DNA from: a virus
Taxonomy: Duplodnaviria; Caudoviricetes
Virus record (IMG/VR): IMGVR_UViG_3300012665_000267
Location: 1-34,014 of that record
Length of the DNA stretch: 34,014 bases
Direction: 5' to 3' (one strand)
Below the pieces are notes generated by a model. That model saw only the letters and a list, made by a program, of their open reading frames with translations, did no database searches and was not told where the DNA came from. The translations under genes were made by a program, and so were the position numbers. Positions 10,116 through 18,443 of the stretch are shown here, piece by piece (the first letter of the stretch is position 1; each line of letters starts with the position of its first letter).

Positions 10116-10771
10116 TAGACGGAATACCACGCTTCTTCTTCACAATACCGTGCTGACTCTAATGAGATAGCATCAGCAAGGCTTTGTTTATACAGTGCGT
10201 ATGATTCAGAAGATTGAACACCTCCATCTTCACCACGCTCAGCTTGCGCTCTAGCCAAAGCACCTAGAATTACAGGCTCATGTGGAACTAAGAGTTTGTC
10301 TGAGTTAGCTACTAATTCAACTTGTGGACGAATAACGTTAAAGCGTAAGTTGTAGACACCATTAGGAATAGGAAATAAGTCTACCTGTGTATCACCATCG
10401 GTGTTTGTACCATTAAAGTTATAGTACATTGGCGAACCCTTTTGAGGGGTTGTCAACAAGAACTGCTCATCCATCCAGCGAGTAGAAGCATTACGCATAA
10501 CATGGTTGCTAGTGTCGTTTAAGACATCAATAACACGGAATCGTTGACCAGTACCTGTTAATACATAGTTAAATATGTCAGCACTAGTAACAGCAGATAA
10601 TGTCTCAGACAAAGCGTTCCAATTATAAGCATCTTCTACCTGACGCTTAGAATCATTGATATACTTGGAGATGAGCTTTACATAAGCGTTATCAGATACT
10701 GAAGAAGCCTCTGGCTCACGCAGTCGTATTAAGACTTCGTTGGTTAATTCTAGGTAGTTTTTAGATGCCAT
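10115..10771 (-). CDS. Head-tail adaptor/connector protein
   Basis: 218 aa, N-terminal YLELTNEVLIRLRE helix and LFPIP motif. Sits just before the nozzle gene. Confidence 0.7.
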   Translation of the reverse strand: MASKNYLELTNEVLIRLREPEASSVSDNAYVKLISKYINDSKRQVEDAYNWNALSETLSAVTSADIFNYVLTGTGQRFRVIDVLNDTSNHVMRNASTRWMDEQFLLTTPQKGSPMYYNFNGTNTDGDTQVDLFPIPNGVYNLRFNVIRPQVELVANSDKLLVPHEPVILGALARAQAERGEDGGVQSSESYALYKQSLADAISLESARYCEEEAWYSV

Positions 10772-10780
10772 AATTTCCTC

Positions 10781-10809
10781 AGTGTAACATACTTTTACAA
10801 AAAAAGCAA
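10781..10809 (-). promoter_or_regulatory. Sigma70-type internal late promoter
   Basis: TTGCTT-17 nt-TACACT with extended TG and spacer TAAAAGTATG. Confidence 0.6.
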
Positions 10810-10817
10810 GTTATTTT

Positions 10818-11063
10818 TTAACAATCCCACTTTTTCAATGCTAATGCTTTACGAGTTGGTCTACCTTTTTCATCCTTCATAGGACCTGCAACACCACCCA
10901 TTCGAGCGCAGAAGCTCTTACGTCGTCCTGCCGCTTTAGGCGACTTAGCAGCCTCTTTAGCAGACACAGGTGGCTTTAGCTTAGAGCCTGTAGTCTTGTT
11001 GTAATAGTCTCTACCTTTTTGGTTAAGACCACCTTCAGGGTTCTGAAACGCTTTCTTTGGCAT
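10818..11063 (-). CDS. Small basic protein (81 aa, DUF6321-like)
   Basis: K/R-rich with GGLN.KGR, RRKSFCARM and a terminal W.C. The family name is recalled from memory. Confidence 0.8.
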   Translation of the reverse strand: MPKKAFQNPEGGLNQKGRDYYNKTTGSKLKPPVSAKEAAKSPKAAGRRKSFCARMGGVAGPMKDEKGRPTRKALALKKWDC

Positions 11064-11218
11064 TATTTCTTCTTCTTTACAGTCTTAGCAGAGTCTTTAA
11101 AGTCTTGAGCTGTAGGAGCGCCTTTGGAGCCTACTTTACGCATCTTTTCGCCAGAACCAGCCTTAATACGAGCTTTCTTGGCAGCGATATTGGCGTACAA
11201 TCCGGGTTTAGTAGCCAC
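11063..11218 (-). CDS. Small Lys-rich peptide (51 aa, GTG start), not in ORF track
   Basis: MATKPGLYANIAAKKARIKAGSGEKMRKVGSKGAPTAQDFKDSAKTVKKKK. The stop overlaps the next ATG. Confidence 0.8.
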   Translation of the reverse strand: MATKPGLYANIAAKKARIKAGSGEKMRKVGSKGAPTAQDFKDSAKTVKKKK

Positions 11219-11354
11219 GCATCATCCCCATCTTCTTAGCTGGTTTAGCTTTAGGAGTAGTAGTCATCTTTGCTCCTGTTTTCTTAGCGTATGCCTTAGC
11301 TTCTTTCTTACCCTTAGCTGTGTAAGGGAACTTCTTATCTTTTACCATTGGCAT
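11208..11354 (-). CDS. Small Lys-rich peptide (48 aa), not in ORF track
   Basis: MPMVKDKKFPYTAKGKKEAKAYAKKTGAKMTTTPKAKPAKKMGMMRGY, with an AAGGA RBS upstream. Confidence 0.8.
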   Translation of the reverse strand: MPMVKDKKFPYTAKGKKEAKAYAKKTGAKMTTTPKAKPAKKMGMMRGY

Positions 11355-11356
11355 GA

Positions 11357-11503
11357 TTACTTCCTTTTCTTGGGTTGGGGTTTAGATTGTCCAGCTTTGG
11401 ATAAAGCGATTGCAATTGCTTGTTTCTGTGGCTTTCCTGCCTTCATCTCTGTGCGGATATTAGTAGAGATAGTCTTTTGTGATTTACCTGATTTAAGTGG
11501 CAT
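11357..11503 (-). CDS. Small Lys-rich peptide (48 aa), not in ORF track
   Basis: [48 protein letters not shown], with a TAAGGA RBS upstream. Confidence 0.8.
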   Translation of the reverse strand: MPLKSGKSQKTISTNIRTEMKAGKPQKQAIAIALSKAGQSKPQPKKRK

Positions 11504-11511
11504 TTTAGTCC

Positions 11512-11862
11512 TTAATTGTTATACTGCACTGCAGAAGTTGCGTCTAACTCAACAGTAACAATAATAGACATTGTTGAGCCTGTTTCAGAAGTAATACGAA
11601 TTTCATCACCTTCTTCTAGTGCAACATAAATATTACCACCACCAAACTGCAAAGTCTTTTTAGCGTCTAAAGCGTATTGGTCAATAACAACAACCTCAGT
11701 GTTTTCACTCTTATCGTACCACCACATACTTACTGCTTTGTTATTGCCTGTGTGGTTGCTGATATGTGCTAACAACCAACGACCCACTTGCCGTGTAGGT
11801 GTTGTAAATACTGTAGTCTTGGTGTTTGCTACTAAGTTCTTACCGACTGATAATGAGCGCAT
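11512..11862 (-). CDS. Hypothetical beta-rich virion-associated protein
   Basis: 116 aa ORF with TAAGG RBS, inside the structural module. Confidence 0.65.
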   Translation of the reverse strand: MRSLSVGKNLVANTKTTVFTTPTRQVGRWLLAHISNHTGNNKAVSMWWYDKSENTEVVVIDQYALDAKKTLQFGGGNIYVALEEGDEIRITSETGSTMSIIVTVELDATSAVQYNN

Positions 11863-11868
11863 ATTACC

Positions 11869-12075
11869 TTAGAAGTGTTTTAGAATCCAGTCTTTGAAGA
11901 CTGTTAAGAATATACCGATACCAGATGCTAAGAAAGCTACTCCACCGAGAAAGCCTTTATAACGCATCATCTCATCACGAACAGAATGGATGCACTCTAG
12001 TATCTCTTTCTGGCTGGCTTGTAGCTTTTCTACTTCAGCTTCTAAGACAGCTATACGCTCAATGTGTTCACTCAT
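11869..12075 (-). CDS. Small coiled-coil plus C-terminal TM protein
   Basis: 68 aa, ERIAVLEAEVEKLQ heptads, then GFLGGVAFLASGIGIFLTVF. Confidence 0.7.
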   Translation of the reverse strand: MSEHIERIAVLEAEVEKLQASQKEILECIHSVRDEMMRYKGFLGGVAFLASGIGIFLTVFKDWILKHF

Positions 12076-12470
12076 ACTGTAATTTCAACCCAAGTTTGTT
12101 GAATTTCATCCCAAATATATTGTTTACCATCTTCAGGATAAGGAATAGGAGCTTCCCATAAACAGGTATGTTCGTTAAGCATCCACGAATCATACCTTTT
12201 CTTAGGAATAAAAGCATTACGAGTTACGTCGTAAAGCCCTCCAACAGTTGCATAGTTTTTTCTAAAAGATTCTTTACCTTCAGAATGTACACCACCATGT
12301 GTGTTGTAAGAAGTTTGAATCCAAACAGCAGTAGGCTCGTTGAACAAAGTACGTAAGAACTCTACCCCTTTGTTTTCTGACTCTACACCGTTGTCTAGTA
12401 ATTCAGTATCGTTAACAGAAACAACTTGTTCAACAATGTTAAGACTATTCAGTTTTGCAAAATATGCCAT
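12072..12470 (-). CDS. Tail-fibre-associated protein (chaperone-like)
   Basis: MAYFAKL...WIQTSYN...FRKNYA...W.APIPYP..Y.WDE, a pattern I recognise from proteins next to Gly-rich fibres. Confidence 0.6.
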   Translation of the reverse strand: MAYFAKLNSLNIVEQVVSVNDTELLDNGVESENKGVEFLRTLFNEPTAVWIQTSYNTHGGVHSEGKESFRKNYATVGGLYDVTRNAFIPKKRYDSWMLNEHTCLWEAPIPYPEDGKQYIWDEIQQTWVEITV

Positions 12471-12471
12471 A

Positions 12472-13092
12472 TTATTGATTACCTAATTTTAATTCAGTCA
12501 ATTCTTTGTTATCGCCAAGAACACCGTTTAGAAACACATTAAAAGCTAGACTAATTCTTGTCTCATCAGATGTGACGGTTTCTACATTGTGAACCAAACT
12601 TGAAGGAAATAAAACAATATCACCTGTTTTTACACCAAACCACCAGCTATCTGAATTATAGATGTCATAATTATCTGTATCTATTTTTATTAGTTGATAC
12701 GCTGACTTAAAGAATTTTATTTTATCTTGGTCTTTTGCATTGATATACAACACACCAGATATAAAACTATTAGGATGAGCGTGTTCATGATGATGCTCTC
12801 CCGGTTTTGTCCAGTTTAACCAAGACTGAGTTATGTAAGGAGTGACTTTATACTTTGGTTTATATACAGTGTCCACATACTCTTGAACATAGTCCAAACA
12901 TATTTGTTTTAAATCACTAAACTCTGTTTCTTCTAGGATGTAATTATTGTCGCTAGTTGTGTTACCTTTATTTTTATATGTTGAGCTAAAGCTAGTGCTT
13001 ACAAACTCTAATTCATCTTGTGTAAAATCTCTCGATATATTATTTCTAAGTATCGGAGTTGGAAATAATAATTCAATAGATGAAGTACTCAT
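12472..13092 (-). CDS. 2OG-Fe(II) oxygenase-like protein (TIGR02466-type)
   Basis: LFPTPI N-terminus, SWLN, H-x-H (EHAHPNSFISGVLY), LFPSSLVH and RISLAFN. Confidence 0.88.
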   Translation of the reverse strand: MSTSSIELLFPTPILRNNISRDFTQDELEFVSTSFSSTYKNKGNTTSDNNYILEETEFSDLKQICLDYVQEYVDTVYKPKYKVTPYITQSWLNWTKPGEHHHEHAHPNSFISGVLYINAKDQDKIKFFKSAYQLIKIDTDNYDIYNSDSWWFGVKTGDIVLFPSSLVHNVETVTSDETRISLAFNVFLNGVLGDNKELTELKLGNQ

Positions 13093-15413
13093 TAAGTTGT
13101 ATAGCTTCCTGAACCTGTAAAACTTAAATAAGTATTAGAACCATTAGTTCCAATTGTAGGAGAACCTGTGTAAGTTGCTGAATAGCGTGAAGTTGGAACA
13201 CTGATAATGACAATACCAGAACCGCCAGAACCGCCTACTCTAGTTCCACCACGTTCTGCACCACCTCCGCCACCACCTGTGTTAGCAGTTCCCGGTGAAC
13301 CACCAGCTGTTGACCCAGCACCACCACCACCAGACCCACCGGGACCGCCAGTTTGGTTATAAATTGAACCACCACCACCGCCACCACGAGTAACAGAAGA
13401 GCCAGTAATTGTTGAAGCTAATCCATTGCCTCCAGCTCCTCCAACAGTTCCGCTTCCTACTTGACCTGCTTGCCCTGCACCGCCTCCAGCTCCTGAACCA
13501 AATCCGGGACCAGAGTAACTTGCCGCAGAGCCATTTGTTCCTTGTCCTGATGTTCCGCTTCCTCCGCTTGATGGAGTTCCGGGAACGTAAGTAGCGCCTC
13601 CACCACCAGAACCACCGTTACCACCAGCAGGAGGATTTGAATTAGACCCTGAAGAGCCGTAGCCACCACCAGTAGAAGTTACTGTAGAAAATCCACTACC
13701 AGAAATAGAAGATGAACTTCCTTGACTACCTACTGAGCCTAATCCTGAACCACCATTACCACCACCTCCAACAGAAACAGTAATAACTGTACCTGCGGTA
13801 AGACTTAGTGTAGATTCTGCAGAAGAGTTACCACCTGATGTTTCATTATTAAATGAGTTTCTATATCCACCAGCACCGCCTCCACCAGCTTGATAGTAAG
13901 CTCCTCCTCCACCGCCTCCAGCAATTACTAAATAAGAAACAACGACAGGAGCTAAAGGAGTAACACTATTAGAAGCTGAACTAGCTGCACCAGTTCCTAC
14001 TACGTTTGTAGCTGTTACGCTAAATGTATATGCTGTTCCATTAGTTAAACCAGTTACAACAAGAGGAGATGAAGAACCAGAAGCTGTTAAACCTCCGGGA
14101 CTAGATGTCATAGTATAGGATGTAATTGCAGAACCGCCATTACTTGCTGGAGCAGTAAATGTGACAGAGGCTTGAGCATCTCCACCTGTCGCAGTGCCAA
14201 TTGTTGGCGCTCCCGGAACAGTAGCAAAAGTTGTTAATACTTGCCAACCACTTCCATTATATATTTCTGCTGCACCTATGGTCGTATTGTATCGTGTTGA
14301 CCCTGAAGTAGGGCTTCCCGGTCTTTGTGCAGTTGTTCCTGCAGGTAAATCAAAGTATCCTGTAGATGAATTTGATTGGTCGCTGACTCCTGCAGCAGTT
14401 ACGCTTATAGATGCCCACGAAGCAGTAGTCCCATCGGTAGTTAGATATTCTCCTGCATTGCCAGTCTGTGATGGCAGTGCATCAACAGCAGCCCACGATG
14501 TAGCTGTGCCGTTAGTAGTTAAAAACTTACCAGAGTTACCTGTTTGACTTGGTGTGTAGGATGCTGCAGTTGTTGCTGAATTAGCAGCGTTAGTTGCCGA
14601 AGTAGCAGCATTGGTAGCTGAAGTACTAGCATTAGATGCTGAAGTAGAAGCGTTGCTTGCTGATGTACTTGCAGCAGAGGCAGAAGCAGCAGCATTAGTC
14701 TCTGCAGTTTCTGCATTAGTTTCTGCTGTTTGAGCATTTGTTGCTGATGTAGCTGCTTCACCTGCTTTAGTAGTTGCTATACCTGCTTGAGTAGTAGCTG
14801 TTGTAGCTGATGTTGAAGCTGAAGTAGCAGAGTTAGATGCGTTAGTCGCTGATGTTGAGGCATTGCTTGCAGACGTAGTAGCCGATGACGCAGATGATGA
14901 AGCAGAAGTAGCTGACGTAGAAGCATTGGATGCACTCGTAGAAGCAGCAGAAGCACTGTTAGAAGCGTTGGTAGCTGAAGTTGATGCTGCACTAGCTGAG
15001 TTACTTGCGTTAGTCGCTGATGTGCTTGCAGCAGATGCTGAAGAGGCTGCGTTAGTCTCTGCAGTTTCAGCATTTGTTTCAGCAGTTTCTGCGTTAGTCT
15101 CTGCAGTTTGTGCTGCAGTAGCTGAGTTAGCTGCATTAGTCGCAGAAGTACTCGCTGAAGAAGCAGATGAAGTTGCACTTGATGCTGAAGATGTTGCTGA
15201 AGTAGCAGAGTTACTAGCGTTAGTTGCTGAGGTTGAAGCAGCACTTGCTGAAGTACTTGCGTTACTTGCTTGAGTTGAAGCTGTTGTAGCAGAGGCAGCA
15301 GCAGCGTCTGCGTCAGCTTGTACTTCTGCAGCTAATTCACGAATTAATAGAGCTTCACTAGAAGAATCCGCTGTAGCGTCTCCTGAACCACCAGCCCCAC
15401 GATAGATGCTCAA
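13092..15413 (-). CDS. Long tail fibre: A/S/T-rich coiled stalk, fibronectin type III domain, C-terminal glycine-rich domain
   Basis: SAT/ASNAS repeats, FN3 motif PGAP...NGGSAITSY...VTGLTNGTAYTFSVTATN, and a YLVIAGGGGGG...GGSGIVII Gly-rich tip. Confidence 0.85.
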   Translation of the reverse strand: MSIYRGAGGSGDATADSSSEALLIRELAAEVQADADAAAASATTASTQASNASTSASAASTSATNASNSATSATSSASSATSSASSASTSATNAANSATAAQTAETNAETAETNAETAETNAASSASAASTSATNASNSASAASTSATNASNSASAASTSASNASTSATSASSSASSATTSASNASTSATNASNSATSASTSATTATTQAGIATTKAGEAATSATNAQTAETNAETAETNAAASASAASTSASNASTSASNASTSATNAATSATNAANSATTAASYTPSQTGNSGKFLTTNGTATSWAAVDALPSQTGNAGEYLTTDGTTASWASISVTAAGVSDQSNSSTGYFDLPAGTTAQRPGSPTSGSTRYNTTIGAAEIYNGSGWQVLTTFATVPGAPTIGTATGGDAQASVTFTAPASNGGSAITSYTMTSSPGGLTASGSSSPLVVTGLTNGTAYTFSVTATNVVGTGAASSASNSVTPLAPVVVSYLVIAGGGGGGAYYQAGGGGAGGYRNSFNNETSGGNSSAESTLSLTAGTVITVSVGGGGNGGSGLGSVGSQGSSSSISGSGFSTVTSTGGGYGSSGSNSNPPAGGNGGSGGGGATYVPGTPSSGGSGTSGQGTNGSAASYSGPGFGSGAGGGAGQAGQVGSGTVGGAGGNGLASTITGSSVTRGGGGGGSIYNQTGGPGGSGGGGAGSTAGGSPGTANTGGGGGGAERGGTRVGGSGGSGIVIISVPTSRYSATYTGSPTIGTNGSNTYLSFTGSGSYTT
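14570..15310 (-). repeat. Degenerate 21/42-nt tandem repeats encoding the Ala/Ser/Thr stalk
   Basis: Heptad units such as AETAETN x3 and ASTSATNASNS recur throughout. Boundaries are approximate. Confidence 0.8.
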
Positions 15414-15422
15414 ATTATTCTC

Positions 15423-15908
15423 CTAAATTCTGTTAGACTTACTGAGGTTTTCTTTTGCAGTAATAACCTGTAAGTTCCAAGGAACATGAAGTCCGCAAAC
15501 TGTTTTCCCGTTTAAAGGGACAATATGGTCAACATGGTGTTGTTCAGCGGTATTTTTGCTTAACATTGCAGCTAAAGAGTATTTACACTCCATGTGCAGT
15601 TTGTGTGAAGCTGTTAACCACTTAGGTGTTGCTTGTAATTCTAACGCTCTTCTATAAGAATTGTAACTATTTACTTTAGCTCTATTATTTACTTGCCAAT
15701 TCTTGTAGTTCTTAGATTTTTTATCCTTATTGCTCTGTTGCCATTCTTTATCGTACTGCGCTATGTGTTCTTTATTCTTACTCATCCACTCTTTTTTATA
15801 AGAGTTATTACATTGTTTACAGTAAATAGCAAAACCATCTTTCCTAGCTTTACTTTTAGCAAAAAATGTTGTTTCTTTATCAGAGTTACATTTATTACAG
15901 TATTTCAC
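15423..15908 (-). CDS. HNH homing endonuclease (free-standing)
   Basis: N-terminal CxxC...CxxC, C-terminal HVDHIVPL...GLHVPWNLQVITAKENLSKSN. GTG start. Confidence 0.9.
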   Translation of the reverse strand: MKYCNKCNSDKETTFFAKSKARKDGFAIYCKQCNNSYKKEWMSKNKEHIAQYDKEWQQSNKDKKSKNYKNWQVNNRAKVNSYNSYRRALELQATPKWLTASHKLHMECKYSLAAMLSKNTAEQHHVDHIVPLNGKTVCGLHVPWNLQVITAKENLSKSNRI

Positions 15909-15932
15909 TAGAATCCTTTTAGAAATATGCTA

Positions 15933-15961
15933 AGTATAACATACTTTTAAAAAGATGAGAA
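15933..15961 (-). promoter_or_regulatory. Promoter for HNH and downstream genes, overlapping the capsid terminator
   Basis: TTCTCA-17 nt-TATACT with extended TG and spacer TAAAAGTATG. Confidence 0.55.
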
Positions 15962-15981
15962 GCTCTTTCGAGCCTCCCACC
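15949..15981 (-). terminator. Rho-independent terminator after major capsid gene
   Basis: GGTGGGAGGCTC-GAAA-GAGCTTCTCATC stem (G-U pairs), then T5. Confidence 0.85.
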
Positions 15982-15991
15982 TAGTTAGCTA

Positions 15992-16948
15992 TTAAGCATT
16001 AACAGCAAGAACAAAACCAGCCTCAGGGCGAACAACCTTTGTACCAAATAAGGTATCGGCTGTGTAGAGAGTGGATAGGTACTCCTGTTTATATTGCACT
16101 TGTGAGCGAACACCTACTTGCTCTGCAAACACTTGTGTGTCTGTGTGGAACAAGAGTGCAGCTTTGATTGCATCACCAGCAGAGTTATCAGCGGCTGTTT
16201 CGATAGTTGGCATATTGCTTGATACATAAACATCAATACCATACAACTTACCGATTTGACCATTGTTAACACCACGACCATCAACGAAGTCGCTAGAGTT
16301 GTAACGGTCAACACCCATGATTGCATTGCGGAGTGAAGGAGGAATTGCAAACTTACGACCATCCATTGGAACATCAGCGTCATCCATCAACTGGATTAGC
16401 TTACGGAAGCCAGCGTCAGTGAACAAGTCAGATGTTGTAACTGTGTCAAGAGCATAAGCTGTCAAACCAGTAGAAGCATCAATAAAGTACGCATTGCTGT
16501 GTACCCAGTCAGACGCATCGCCATCACCAAAAGACTTACCACCAGCGATTAACAAGTCGTCAACTTTCTTAGCCAAAGCGTAACCAGCATCTTCTGTGTA
16601 GAAAGAACGCAGGGAAGCCAATGCTTGAACTTCAACGATGTCCTCAATGAAACGTGAGTACTCGAAGTGTTGGTCGATTAAAACTTGTACTTCGCTCTCT
16701 GTATTCGCTTGAATAGTTACTGCAGTGTTAGCTGCTTTAGCAGTAGCTACACCACGAGTTGGCTTAGGAATATGAAGAGTGTCGCCTTTTTTGCCTTTGA
16801 AAGACATTTTGCGAACAAGGTTAGCCAATACGAGATTGGATTTGTAAGCAGCGATAACTTCATCAGACCAGATTTCTGGAATGAACTTGTCTGCTTGAGT
16901 TTTTGCTACGATTGAACCACTACCACCGGGGAATGCTGCTGTTGCCAT
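15992..16948 (-). CDS. Major capsid protein (HK97 fold)
   Basis: 318 aa with FIPEIWS, KGDTLHIP, GYALAKKVD and GKLYGIDVYVS. Follows the scaffold and precedes a terminator. Confidence 0.92.
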   Translation of the reverse strand: MATAAFPGGSGSIVAKTQADKFIPEIWSDEVIAAYKSNLVLANLVRKMSFKGKKGDTLHIPKPTRGVATAKAANTAVTIQANTESEVQVLIDQHFEYSRFIEDIVEVQALASLRSFYTEDAGYALAKKVDDLLIAGGKSFGDGDASDWVHSNAYFIDASTGLTAYALDTVTTSDLFTDAGFRKLIQLMDDADVPMDGRKFAIPPSLRNAIMGVDRYNSSDFVDGRGVNNGQIGKLYGIDVYVSSNMPTIETAADNSAGDAIKAALLFHTDTQVFAEQVGVRSQVQYKQEYLSTLYTADTLFGTKVVRPEAGFVLAVNA

Positions 16949-16979
16949 GATATATTTCCTTTAATTGTAAATTCTAAAA

Positions 16980-17810
16980 TTACTTAACTCGCCCTTCATT
17001 GTATGCTTGCATGATTTCATCAGACATTTGCATATAACGGTCAGGGTCTGTCATTCTCAGTTTAATAAGGTCTGCTCGACGATATACTTTTCTACTTGTT
17101 TCACCAGCGCCACCAACATCGACTGTAGCTGCCTTCATTGCCTGTTCTTGAGCTTTGCTTTCTACTGCTGCTGTTTGTGATACCTGATTCTGTTGTTTGA
17201 TTTGTTTTAGTTCCTTGTAGGTACTTAACAATTCATCAGCAGATTCAAAGTCAAACTCTGCATCAGCTTTAGCAAACAAGTTCAATCGAATTGCAGAAGA
17301 TTTAACCCAATCTTGGAATCCGCTATCGGATGCGATAGTGGCAAAATCAGGATGTTTAGCCGACAATTGTTGTGCCGTCTTCATCTTCTTCATTTCTAAT
17401 GCTGCTTGTCTTGCTTCAAGTACTGCAGGATGCTTCTCTACTTGTCTGTTGACCGCACTAGCTGGGTCTGCAAAAAAGTCTTCTTCAAGCGATTCTTCAA
17501 TCGGCGGTTTAGCTTTAGCGTTAGAATCGAGTTGTTGTTTTAACAGTTGGTCTGCAAGACTACGTACTTCGTGAACTTCGTTTGCTTGTCGTCCAATGAG
17601 CTTCTCAGCCTCTTGGTGCATCTTCGCAATCTCAATAGCGGATTTACCTTTATACTTTTCAGGTAACTCTTCTACTGGTTCACTCTTTGTGTCAACCACT
17701 TCAGTATTATCTACAGTAGTGCTGTCGGGTACTGGGGTTGTAACATCTTGTACTACTTCTTGCTCACTGCCGTTAAACAGTTCTTCTTGTTCAATAAAGT
17801 TTGCTGCCAT
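16980..17810 (-). CDS. Capsid scaffolding protein
   Basis: Acidic N-terminus, LPEKYKGKS, C-terminal DP.RY...EI..AY.EGRV. Immediately upstream of the capsid gene. Confidence 0.85.
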   Translation of the reverse strand: MAANFIEQEELFNGSEQEVVQDVTTPVPDSTTVDNTEVVDTKSEPVEELPEKYKGKSAIEIAKMHQEAEKLIGRQANEVHEVRSLADQLLKQQLDSNAKAKPPIEESLEEDFFADPASAVNRQVEKHPAVLEARQAALEMKKMKTAQQLSAKHPDFATIASDSGFQDWVKSSAIRLNLFAKADAEFDFESADELLSTYKELKQIKQQNQVSQTAAVESKAQEQAMKAATVDVGGAGETSRKVYRRADLIKLRMTDPDRYMQMSDEIMQAYNEGRVK

Positions 17811-17876
17811 TTAAAGTCTCCTGTCACCGAATCAAGTGATTTTAGGATTTATAATCTAAGGCTCTTTCGAGGTGTC

Positions 17877-18110
17877 TTAGGCTTCGTTACTCTTTGCTTC
17901 TTGTTTTGCTTTTTCTTCACGGACTCTCGCCCATCTGTCGTAAGCACCAACGAAATTTGGATTAGTACCATCTAAACATATTCTAGGGGTAGATATGATT
18001 CGATTAGCCTCTAATCCACAATCACAAAGAACTACAGTAGTCTCATAATCAACCAAGCTCTCTGTAATGTGTTCTTCACTGCATTTAAACTCAAACATCC
18101 TACGAGCCAT
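17877..18110 (-). CDS. Small zinc-ribbon protein (FmdB-like)
   Basis: FEFKC...H...CDCG...RIIS.P. Confidence 0.65.
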   Translation of the reverse strand: MARRMFEFKCSEEHITESLVDYETTVVLCDCGLEANRIISTPRICLDGTNPNFVGAYDRWARVREEKAKQEAKSNEA

Positions 18111-18354
18111 CCGAAATATCTCCCGATAAGAGGGACTCGTAAGCCTGTTCTGAAGCAGGTTTAAGGTTGAGAAGCCACTGAAGTAAGTCCAGTTGTCCTT
18201 TTTTAACCATTAAGTCTGTTTCATTCTGGATTGATAGCACATGGTTTAACGAATTAAACATTGCTTGTGCATCTTCCATTAAATCTTGCCAACCTTCTGT
18301 TGACATCATCGAGAAACGATTCTCGTAGTAATGCTGTAATTTCTTATCTATCAT
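18100..18354 (-). CDS. Conserved small head-module protein
   Basis: 84 aa (T.GW...KGQL) between portal and scaffold. Confidence 0.7.
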   Translation of the reverse strand: MIDKKLQHYYENRFSMMSTEGWQDLMEDAQAMFNSLNHVLSIQNETDLMVKKGQLDLLQWLLNLKPASEQAYESLLSGDISDGS

Positions 18355-18405
18355 TCTTCTTTGTCCTTTAGGGAGAAGTGAGTACTTACTTACTTAATTG
18401 TTGCA

Positions 18406-18434
18406 ATAATACCACAACTTTGTTAAAATGTCAA
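18406..18434 (-). promoter_or_regulatory. Sigma70 promoter for scaffold/capsid genes
   Basis: TTGACA-17 nt-TATTAT with extended TG. Confidence 0.8.
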
Positions 18435-18443
18435 GATATTTCT

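Noticed and set aside
11057-11558. Plus-strand ORFs 11057-11239 and 11124-11558 in the ORF track
   Set aside because: They are antisense shadows of three coupled minus-strand basic peptides that fit the operon.
13092-13950. Diversity-generating retroelement or invertible tip in the fibre
   Set aside because: No reverse transcriptase, invertase or template-repeat copy in the window.
14194-15273. Alternative-frame and antisense ORFs over the fibre stalk (e.g. acidic 136-aa ORF at 14863, Q/L-rich ORFs at 14519 and 14777)
   Set aside because: By-products of the stop-poor Ala/Ser/Thr repeat codons; no RBS or promoter support.
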